Source of the DNA: Orbicella franksi | Taxonomy: Eukaryota | Length of the DNA stretch: 64,000 nucleotides | Assembly: GCA_964199315.1 (NCBI GenBank) | Contig: OZ116701.1 | Span: 6,882,001-6,946,000, forward strand | Direction of reading: 5' to 3' | Shown here: in pieces, positions 23,272-35,000 of the stretch | Numbering within the stretch: the first letter of the stretch is position 1 | How the letters are laid out: each line of letters starts with the position of its first letter | The notes under the pieces: model-generated | Database searches by the model: none | Told to the model about the DNA's origin: nothing | What the model saw: the letters and a program-made list of their open reading frames with translations, nothing else | Program-made: the position numbers and the translations under genes

Positions 23272-24783
23272 ATCCTCTATATATGTGGCCCCGTGCATAT
23301 TGAATCCCTGTCGACTAAGTATGAGTGCCTTTATCATGAAACGTACATCAAATTGCTCCTTAACATTGATGCAATGCATCCATTATTGTATTTCTCGCCT
23401 AACTTTCTCCCTATTTTTCTGCTCTCTTAAAGCGCGTAAGGTGAATAGTTCAAATATATACGTTTCTGGAAGTGGATAATTTCAGGAATTATGGGTTTTA
23501 TTGATGGTCCTCCTGCTCCTAAACGAATAAGGGAACCTCCCTTTTTTATTTCAAATTTTAAGTTCTCTTGATATAAGCAGCCAACAGGTAAAGTTCGAAA
23601 AAAAAATCTATTGTGAGTTCTATTTCGATGGAATTACCTTATCAGCAGAATAATGGCTGTGCACGTGCGTTATCAAAACTTTGTACATTTCTGTCCCCTA
23701 CATTTTTGTCCTCTGCAAAACAACAGGACAACGCCTAGCCAAAAATTGAATTTATATTTTACCTTCGAATTTCGCAATTGTCTACATCTGCTGAGTGCGC
23801 CTATTGGTCTCAGAACTTACTCGAGATAAATATGTGACGCCAGCTTTCAATTCCAAATGAAAATGCGACAGATTAGCAGCCGTCGTTCGCGTTCTCCAAA
23901 CTACGCAAAACTTGGTCATTTCACGTTCTTTTGCAAAGGATGGCTAAGAAATGTACAGAGATTTATAACGCACGTGCACAGCCATTGTTCTGCTCATTAA
24001 ACCTTTTGTTTAGTGACGTTCTCGTTCTCGTTGCCGTTGCCGTCGTACTGTGGTTCATTGCTTTTAAGCTCTCTAGCAACTTTTGCCTGGAGAACGTGAA
24101 CCACGACGGCTAATTTTTTTAAATGTCTAATCTAAATTTATCGCTCTGTTCCAGATTTAGCTTTTTGATAGTTTTGACAGTGAGAAACAAAGTAAATAAC
24201 TTTAGAGTACCAAGAGATTCGTAGGTTCACTTTTTAATTGACGTTGCCCTCGGCGTTGCAGCGTAAGGCTCGGCGCGAGGAGGGAGCACAGGGTGTGATG
24301 GGTAGGGAGAAGCTTAAAAAGTGTAGTACCTTTTTTGCCATACTCAGCATTCATAGGGATTCAGAATTGTAGGAGTAGGTTTGCACATGTATAATCAAAC
24401 TGCTTTTTAGGGGCCATGAAAGTTGGCAACCAAGGGTGAAAAACTAGTCGCATTGAGTGGCCGAACAGGTCGTAACATCGACTGCTTTTATATGAATCTC
24501 TCTCCCTGGGGAAAATTGAGCAATGAAAAACAAAGCTTGTACAATCAAAATCAGTGGCCGTTCGGCGTCCTCGTAAATGTGGTAGCAAGATAAATAATAT
24601 ATCTAGGTCTATAAGCTCACCTCAACTTTCTACAGCTGCTCGGGTCACCATTTCCTGGTATTGGTGGCCAACACCGACTATTCCACCATCAAAATTATTG
24701 CCGCTTAAGAATATTCTTTTGGACGTCGGTCAACAAACTATATGTTTGAGCACGTGCCTTAGTATTTTTGCTTACCATAATAG

Positions 24784-24898
24784 CAAGATAATAAAATATC
24801 CTGTTCCTGTTCCTGTTTACTGTCACATGACTAGCTCTGGTATTCGCGCGTGCGGTGGCAGTGGATGGTCGCTGGCCATGAAGATTGACGGAGAAAAG
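24784..24898 (+). pseudogene. Orphan exon of a third USOMP5-like/fibrinogen-like paralogue
   Basis: AG|c..aag|GT exon encoding KIIKYPVPVPVYCHMTSSGIRACGGSGWSLAMKIDGEK. It has the same motif and splice phases (2/0) as exons 3911-4037 and 13209-13335. I found no downstream TFHYNS-type exon before 26075. Confidence 0.6.
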
Positions 24899-26074
24899 GT
24901 GATTTATCTGCCATAGAGATAGTTATTGGAATTTTTTCCTTTCCCAAAGGTAATTGTGATAGACATAAAAAAAATCATAGCTCTGGGAACGAAAAAGTAA
25001 AATAATTCGTTTCCAGCTTTTTCTTAAGGTAAACAAGACACACGTAGCCTGCTTAGAGTTTAAATAATGCCAATATAATGGAAAGTAAACTTTTTTTTCA
25101 CAAATGAAAGCCACTCTCGATTATAATTATTATGCTTTTCGTTTTGCTTTAAAGGCATTTGACACCGTTCTGTGCATGTGCGGCAATTTGATTGGAACAG
25201 TTTTCAAGGTTGATATTTGTGCGGAAAATCTTTCTCCGTCGAAGTTGTGAGGCGCGTGGAAATAATAATACCGATATTGAAGAACTGTTTAGTCATCTGT
25301 GAAAGATTTCAAAGAGATATTTTGTGTTTTGAATTGAATATACCGTCGTGAAATTCGATGTCCTCGAGAGGGGGTTTCCGAAGCGGCTAGAGACGAAAGC
25401 TGCTTTCGCCCACTAGCCGTCTTGTTTCGAAGCCTGAAACAAAGAAAAAAAGAAAACAACGGAAGGAAACAAAGGAAAAAAAGAAGAAAAGATGGGAGGA
25501 CGAACATTGGAAACTTAAGATAACTGTAAATGTGCATGCAAGTTGGAAGAAAGTAAACTTTATGTGCTTGTATTCAACGGACACGGCCTTCACACTACAT
25601 AAACATGCTAAGTATTCTTTGAAAACGTAAGGTCATAAGTTTCAAAAGGATCCCTTCTGGCACAGCTACATCCTTGGAATTTTGTTAACGCAATCCTTTG
25701 TCTAACATCTTAATTTTGCTATTCGACTTTTAAGAAAATCGTTCGCCACCGGATTCCCATACAAACACTTTAATTTCTGACACTATTGCCCGTCCATCAC
25801 TTGTGTGACACAGTTATTAGACGACTTGCGTGACTGTGCATCGTGACTATGCTACCGGAAGACTGGGGACTAGTAAGTCTCATGCAAAACGGCCAAGCGA
25901 GCTCAAAGATTTTGCAACAGGCGTCTGGTGTTAATTCCCTCAGAGAAAAGCGACGTGAGTCACTCAGTTTACTTCCTACACCATCTACTATTGTATTTAT
26001 ATTCTTTCCATCAAAGTAGAATATCGTATGCTTTGTAGATGAAGGCGTGAAGCGTTTGAAAACACCATGCCAAT

Positions 26075-29000
26075 ATGACAGACTGTAAGTTCTTCGCGAT
26101 ATTCTTTCTCCTCGTGGTCAGCTGTACGCTTTGTTTTGCCACGAATAAGCAGTGTTTTTGGGTGATTGATGCAGTGGAGAAAGAAAACCTATCAAAGGTG
26201 GCGTCTGTCATAGTTCCAGGTGGACAGTATTTGTTAAGAATAAGAGTAAAGTGCGACAATAAGGTAAGCGGCTTGGTTGCTTAATTGATGCATGTTGATT
26301 TCACCGCCATCTTCGTCGGACAGAATATTAAGCTTACGCTAAAGTACTTTTAGCTCACAAAGATAAAGTGAATCGGTATTAAGTTTATAAACAGTCCTTT
26401 GTCTGCTAAAAAGATCGTTTCTTGTTAAATCAGGGTTGCCACAGGTCAGGAAATGGTCGGGGAAAAAAATTCTTCAAGGTCAGGGAAAAGTCTGGGAATT
26501 TTATTTTGAGTCTGTCAGTCAAGTAAAATTGACATAAATTTTTGAAGAAAAGTCAGGGAATATTGGAAGATTGAACATGGCTGATTTAATACCGTTTAGG
26601 GTTGGAAGAAACATATATGCATATGGGGTCACTGTGATATCATTCAACGATGTTCTTCCTTACGGAAGAAGGAAAATTTGTTAAAAACTTATCAGGCCTA
26701 ATAATGAACGAGTAGAAAAGACGGCTGTATTAAAGTCGAGGCCGGAAGCAACTACTAGATCTGACATTTTGTATTACATTTCGTCAGAGAAATGCCATTT
26801 TTGTCAGCGAAAAGTTGAGGAATTTTGAAAAGTGATGTCTGTGCATGTGGTAACCATGCATGTTAATGCTAGTTCTTTGCGGTATAATAAAGACTGTTGT
26901 CATTTTGCCTCTTTGCGGTATACCATATATTAGACTATTGTCATTTTGCCAAAGAACCCTCAGTTCCATGCATGTGCTTCCATCTTATGATTGGAAAAGT
27001 CATATGCTTAACTCAATTTTTATCCTTAGATCTCTACTATGGATCAGGTGAATCTGGTAAAAAATTTCCTTAGTTTTCAGAATGATCATATTCACCACTA
27101 ACAGTTCCTATCCCCTTCAAATTAGAAGTTGGCCACTTTTCACAAAGTAATGAGTAAATTGCTTAGTTTACTTTCAGCATGTTTCTCTTGGTAGATTAAT
27201 TCTGAAGTGGTGAGGTCCCTGGTACTGACAGGTGTCAATCCAGTCATCAAACTTGAGTCTGAGTCATTTGGGTTAAACCATCACAATGCACAGAGATATT
27301 CAATTCTAATGACATCATCACTGATAGAAATGGGAAATCAGGAGAGTTGTGAATGTCTTATCAGAAATAAAAGCAATGGAAGTAACAGGTATGTGAAAAC
27401 AGGTTTCATATATGAATTAGAAAATACCTCGTTGTGATTGGCTGATAGCTGGCCAATTTGTTGTTAATATTAATCAAATATGTGTGCATATTTAATATTA
27501 AATCAGTTTGCATTTCATAATTTTCTCAGTCATATAGTTATAGTAAATGTGTAGTCATGTGAAAGTTAATGCAATTTACACTAGCATACCTATTAGCTAG
27601 TGATATTTGAAAATTTCTTTAAATTGCACCAGTTGGAATTCATATGTAATTTACTTATACTTACTATAGACTGTTTGCCATTGATCATTTCTTTTTGAGT
27701 CCAACCACATGCCATGCATACCCTTGCTTCTGCCAATTCCATTTGATCTCAAATGTCGCATTACCTTTACTCTCTACATGATGTTGAGAGAAAACAGAAA
27801 ACAAGCAAGACATACTCCCAGCTATTCCTTGCCTGATTTTAAGAGAAAAACAAACTGCAGATAGTCCATGTTCATCCACAGTCTGAGAAAGTACTAACAG
27901 AGCATATGCTGGTATGTTGACTGGTAGTCACATGACTGTTTATCTGGCTGGAAGTCACATGACTGTTTTGATCATTAGCATAGGTGCTGCAACTTACTAG
28001 GAGAAAAACTGACCAGTGTGGTCTGTTAAAAATCTTTGAGTTTGATTGTAATCTGGCTGTAATGTTCATAGTTTACTGTGAAAATGTCATTTTTTCTTTC
28101 TAGGCCAAACGAATGTTTCTGTAATGGTGCTATCCCCAGTTGTTCACATTCAGATGCTATCCCAGTGGTTAAGGCAGGAAATGAATGCTGTCATATTGAA
28201 AAGAATTGTTCAAACTTCAAAGAGCTATGTAACCCCGCTTGGCTGGCACCTCTTTATATCCCAGCCACAGGGACAATATTACACTGTGAAGTTGTTGACA
28301 GTGGCACTGGCCCATACATAAACTCTGACAGGTAAATACTCCTATTTATTTTATGGCAAGGTAATTTTGAGGTAAATCAGAGCATTCTGAATGGTTCCTT
28401 CTTGGTCAGGATTTTGCCATATGGATCATTTCTATGTAAAGGACCTAATGGGCCAATATTCCCCAGTACAGTGCAGCTCTTGTTCTTAGTTAGTAAGAGT
28501 TTAATCACAATAGTGTAAGTTCACCATTAACAGGTTGCCCAGGGGGCTATCTGAAAGTCTCCAGGATACAGACCGAATCTCCTGGTCTCTGGTACAGGTG
28601 ACCGAAGCTTGGTCACCAATCACATGGTAGATATGGTGGACATGGATTATTACGGTAATGGTTCAGTGGTCCTGATACATGCAATTGGCCTTCCCATGCT
28701 TTCCTTTTAGCTGATCTCAGTTGCCTTATTTATTATGGTGGCTTTTTCTGGATGACCATGGAGGACTGGCTTAGTGCAAAGAAGCTGTACTTATTGTGAA
28801 AAAAAAAATGCACTACTGATTAGTAGATATTTCATGCTTATAAACAATTATTGTATTAGGTTTTTGTGATAGAGCAGTTTTCAAATGAGTGTCGTAAAAC
28901 CAAAACCAAAGTAATCACTCCGGCCAATCACAAAGGACACAGGCAATCCAGTAGACCAATCAAAGCTTGAAGTAATTACATGCAGCTGATGTAAAGTGTG

Positions 29001-32000
29001 GGAAAACGTGTGCAAGTGAGTTACAATTGCATTGGCTTTGGTTTTATCTCTGATTGGATGAAAAAGTGGAGCTAGTTTTTTAAGCCAATCGTGTAGCACA
29101 GTTGATGCAAAACCAATTACTTTTCGACACTCAAATGAAAACTGCTCTATCCAGAATAATCAAGGTCGAGGTAGGGGTTGTCAGCCAAAACGGAAGGCTG
29201 AAGCTGGTAACCCTTACTGAGACGTTGATCATTCTTGATATCACAAAAACCAAATGTAATAATTGATTTATTATAGATTGTACAAAAAAAAAATGGAAGT
29301 AATGTTTTTGCTTCTTCGCTGACAGCAAGCAACACAAAGCACGTGAGCTTGACATGATTACCCCTTACAAATCATGCACCACGGTCATACATGACATGAT
29401 TACCCATGACCTTCAGTGTCCTTGACATGGTTATTGTATAATCTGCAGCAAGATGACGTCACAGGCGCTGATTTTGAAAATTCACTAAACGCTTTCGGCC
29501 AATTAGAAAAGAGATAGTGAGTTCAATGTATAATAATTAATAACACTTTCTTGCAAAAAGACTTTATGATGTAATCTTGTTTATTTTTTGGCTAGATTCA
29601 CTGTACACTTAGATGGCTATCACCTGCTAGTCAATAATACAATTCATAACAGACTTGGAGATGAAGTTAAACAGCTGCCATCCTTTTCCCAGGAGACACC
29701 TGTTGGTTGTGTTCCAAACTTTAGTCCCATATGTGTCATGGCATCCTCAGAAATGTCAAATCACATCATTTACACTTCCTCAGAATTTGAAAAGATGCAA
29801 GTTTTGAAGATTCAAGTGAGTACAGCTTTGTTCATGTACACTTACAGGTATTAGAGTGCATGCCGGAATAATTCTCTGGTGCAGCTTTAAAGGCCTTTGT
29901 TACTGGCAATATACATGTAAACAATTAAAAGAGTATCATAGACAAAATTAAGCTAGACTGCCAGTTCAACACTGCACTTTTAATAACTTTTAGTTTTACT
30001 CATGGATTGCAGTGCAGTTTTTCTTTTTCCGCATTGCATTAACTCTGCCCAATTAGTTATTTAGCAGTATGTGTTTTCACTGATATCAATTATCAAACTA
30101 GCCCTCTCAGGACAATTTTACCTGCCTTGTGAGGACAATTTTGCCTGCCTGATTTGACCATCTAGGGGAAAGTTTCTCTTACATACAAAGAAGTTCAGTT
30201 CAAAACGTCTTGTCCGGCTGTGAAAACAAGTTGCTCTCCTGCTGAAAATATTAATAGCACCCCTGCTTTAGAGGATCACTAGTTGATGATTTTCATGATT
30301 CTCATAACCTGTGTATGTAATAGTGTAGTCATGATGTAAGGAGACATTAGTTTTTCATCAGGTCTTCATCATCATATACAGTTCTTGCTATATACTAATT
30401 AATGTAGTACATTTTTTTACATTATTTGGCAGTTTGAGGATTCAGTTCAAAATAAGTGTGCATCTCAAAGATCGCTATCATCTCTGCAAGTCAAGGGTGT
30501 ACTGTCTCTAACAGACAGGATTCTGCTCAATTCTGGTGTGAGTAGATGACGTCATTGCATTATTTTAAATTTACTTAATTTAAATTACATGATTCCTATC
30601 TTGTACTAAAAGACAAGAAAGAGAAACTAATCATGAATGTTTATAGGTAGAGGTAAGTCTACTTACGATCCAAGTGGCCCATCAGGCCAGCGCTTATCTC
30701 CGGTTTCAGTAGTATGAGGTGACTAGGAGTATTTGTACTCTACCTAGTCCATCGCAGGGTAATTATACCTTCAACTTTAACTTATAACTTCATGGTTGAC
30801 ATAAAGAGGTGTTAGTGATGACAAAGATAGCACTGAAATAGCTGCTATCATAATGTACAGGGTTCTCATTAACTTTTGATTCACATGTTGCCTTGGTACA
30901 CAGTCATGACATAACAAACATGCTGCTTTGCGGGTGAATTATAACAACAACAGGCAAGTCACCCATTACCGTCAAGGTCTTGCTCAAGTACATTCAGCCT
31001 TTAAACAATTGTTATGGCCCTTAATGACAGCCCTGAAGATAGCCAGACTGATATGGTAAAGACTTTGTAATTTTTTGTAATTTCCCTCCCTTTTCTCTGT
31101 TTAAGGCTGGCATTTTAGAAGTACATGCTGACTACACAAGCGTGGGTACTGATATTAAATGTAAGTACACACAGACCAACAGTATTTTAAATTTCACTGC
31201 TTTCTTTTCTAATTAATACAACTAAGTTCACTGTTAGTAATAATAGACTCCTTGTCTTTCTCCTTTTTTTCATCCACTTTACTCAGTGCCATCCTACCCA
31301 TTTTGCCATCCTCTCTTTCCCCTATCCGCCCATCTTCTTTCTTTATCTTGCCTGTCACCTACAATGTTCAAAATGTTCAAAAAATGTTCAAATGTTGTTG
31401 TTTATAGTGGTCAATGCACTTAGCTACACCTAGCTAATTCACAGATATGCCACTTAACTGAAAGAAACAAATATATCAAGTCAACATAATAGGCTTAGAA
31501 ATCCCAACTGGCGGAAGGCAGACCAGTAACAAACCACAAACCTTTGCTAAGCTCTTTTCAAATCTTACATTCAGCACTCAGAGATTATAGACTTGTGTTC
31601 TCTGGGTGTGTCAGTCATGTGGTGAGCCCCACCCAGTCGTCAGTTCTCAAAGTTACAGTTTTGGGTTTTGGAGAAGAACAAGATAAGGAAAAGGTTTTTT
31701 TGGCTTTGCCAGTAAAAGGTATGTTACTAATTTCTTTTACTTATTGTTTTTGCTTCAAATGGGCAAAAATACATGCCCTGACAATTGTTGTTATTCTAAC
31801 AGTAAGAACTACATAGTGACTGGAATAATTATGTCTGAATACTGCAATAATCATTAAATTTTCTTTATCAAGGCGAGCCCTCAAACTTTGCTGAGCTGAG
31901 GGATACTAGGGATCAAAACATCTGCCAATTCCTGAGGGCATTGCTTGAAAATACAGGTAAAAATGTAACCCTTGTTTTTTTATTTTATAATCGTCATATC

Positions 32001-35000
32001 AAAGTTACCACAATATTTGACTAATAAATACACTGTCTTAGTGTTACCAGAATTAACGATGTTTTGAAACTATGATACTAAATGAAAACAATGTATAGAC
32101 ATGCACGCATAACTGACCCATGATACAAGACAAGCCAAGTGAAAAGTCACTTCCAGTTTTTTCTAAGTTGGCATTGTGAAGTTCTTTTTACTTAAGGGGG
32201 TATGGTACCCTAAAATATGGCGATGTTCATGAAAAATTCAATTTCTTGGAAATACAAGACTTAAGACCCTTGAGGACTTGTCAGAAACATTTTGAAACGA
32301 TCTTGCCGAATTTCCTTCCAGATGAGTGTGAAATTTAAGGAAAGTACACAGTGGTATAAGATTTTTCACGTGGCAACAGCCATAGCAACGACTGTTTACT
32401 ATAAGAACGTGACCAAAAATATGGATTATTTTTAACTTATATGAACGAAACTATTTAGAAAAAACTTTTAAGACATGCACAACTCGATTGGTATGATTAT
32501 TTGTGAAAAGCTTTGCCTCGAATTGCCATCACAGGCTCATTCATTTCCCTTATGACAAGGAATATTTCCCACAACTGCGGTAACTTTTTACAAAATAGAA
32601 CAACCATTGCACCCCCTCCCCCGAGATCCAATCTGCACCCCCCCCCCCCCCACTATTTGTGGCTCGTTAAATGCTTAATACTTCGTGTAAGAAACTTAAA
32701 GTGCATTTTTCTCAAAAGTTTACTTTTGTACCGACTGACTTTGCGCCAACATTTCTACTTTGTAAGGTTTTTAAGTAGAATTTCTGAAACTCGGGCTCAT
32801 CAAAGACCAATTGTGTCGTGATGATATAAACCAAAAAAATCGTAACATTTTAAGGTCTGTCACGTGACATGAGATGATTTGTCCACTGGGTGTGGTAAAA
32901 AATAAGGTTATTTCCAAATAAAGCTGTAAAAAGCACTGAAAATAAGAGTTAACTGTCAAAACTTAGGTTCATATCACAGAACAAAACAGAAACTTACATG
33001 ATATGCTTATTTGACAGTCAATTCTTGTTTTGTAAAAGAGCAGGAAGTGTTGGCGTCAATACTATAAAACACTCTTCAAAAGGCTGTGGCTGGTTTCCAT
33101 AGCAACCATTTTGAGTAAAACTCTAGAAATTTAATTTCTCTTCTTGAGTGCAATAGCACACAATTGATCTTTCTTCACCATATTTAAACAAACTTTTTGG
33201 TCCATATTGAGGGTACCATACCACCTTAAGAAAAAAAAACGTTTCTAGGATAGTGAAAGAGACCTTGTTTTTTATCATTTAACTAAGGCTAGGAATCACT
33301 GCCACAAGATTAAGCTTGCTAATAGAGATATGTAATAAAGACAAAAGAACTTAGCCATATAGTTATTAAATCTTGTTCTTTTTTGCTGCAATGGTTGGTT
33401 TAATTTGTTTAGTATTGTTCGGTAAATTAATCTCATCATTTAATACTGTTGGCCGGCCGTGGTTTCCTAAACCTAGGAATGTCAATTTTAATATATTTTT
33501 TTCACAATTTTATGGTGGAAATGATGGTTGTGTTATAAATTTTCCAGCTGTGTACAGAACTCATAACTATATTTCATTTTCACAGGTAGTTATCCGTGTC
33601 AAGTGATATCTGGAAGTATCAGTGGTTTGAAGGCACAATCCTTTGTTATCTTGGTAATGTTGAAGACGCCTCATGCAGAGACATTTCATTTGGTACAATG
33701 TGAAGGTAGTGATAACTTCAAATCGTGACAAAATATCATTTTTATCCTGATAGTCTTTTATTGCTCGCAGAAAGCAACAGTGAGTGTTTTAATTCCTTTA
33801 CTAGACACTCTCAATGATAGCCAGAGCCATAAAGGTATTTTAAGCGAAAACGTAAACTAAATTTCCCGATCAGAGGCAAAAAGCGTACAGTTAGAGTTTG
33901 CCAGCTAAAGATGAATGGTTTAGCCAATATGACTAACAGTGACTATGGACTGAAACTTTTTAATCTCTGTTGACTTTGACTGTTCGCCGTAATTGTGAAG
34001 GACGAGTACTACGAAAATTCAACAAGGTGGGTTTAGCCCAATATTTTGCTCCTACACAGAGCCAGAATTGGAATGACAAAAGCAGGAAAACATGTTCGTG
34101 GATTTTATTGTTTTCAAACAATTCGGTAAAACGTTTTCTATCTGTGATCAGTTCCTGTGTTCTCATCACGAAGCCACATTCCCGATGATTCTTAGCTAAA
34201 TAGGAGAAATGGCATACCATTTGTGAGTGTAACTAACCTTTTACTCGAAATTTGATCATTTTTTTGGCCGCATTAAACATCGCGGTATGTTTTTGGGTTC
34301 CAGGCCCAGTCAGTGGTGGCAATTGGACAGCACTCTTTCATTTCCCAACTTCTCTTGGTGTTCCAGAAACGGGTAAGTTAATAGTATTAGGGTATCTTGT
34401 TCTTGTTTTATTTTTGCCGTTTATAAATATAAAATTTTACATCAATTTATATTATGGACAAGGAAGCCCAGGGAAGCAAATCTGTATCCCGTGTGCTCTG
34501 TTTATTTATAGTAAATACCACAGAGGTTGACTCAAACGTTTAGGCTATTTGCTGCAGTCTGACCTCGATATCATGAAATTTATCTACCCTGCACAGAAGG
34601 CAGGCCCGATCAGTGGCCATATTATTTACGATAGGCCTCAGATTTTTTTTTTTTTGTCTCGATGTAACCCTGTAGGCACGCATTGCTCTTATCCAAAACA
34701 AGGCATTGCGTGACTAAACCAATTCAGCTGTGATAGAGTAAACTGCAGTCTCTAGGTAGGGGAAGTTTTCGTGCGAGACTCAGTTCCCTCGCAAATTTTG
34801 CGCCTCTTGTAAGTTCACGCATGGATACCGTTGTAGACAAATACACTTTATAGTAGTCCGGAGATTATAAGCGTTGACCTCAGGACAAGCGATTTAGGTG
34901 TCTTCAAGAAGATGTATGACTGGCTGACTTTGTGTTCTTCGTGTTTAACCAGACCATGATAACTGGCAGAGAATTGAGTCCAAGTTTAGTGCTGACAATT

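Noticed and set aside
23011-23479. Long ORFs on both strands (122-140 aa)
   Set aside because: Artefact of the palindromic repeat; the same peptide is read from either strand.
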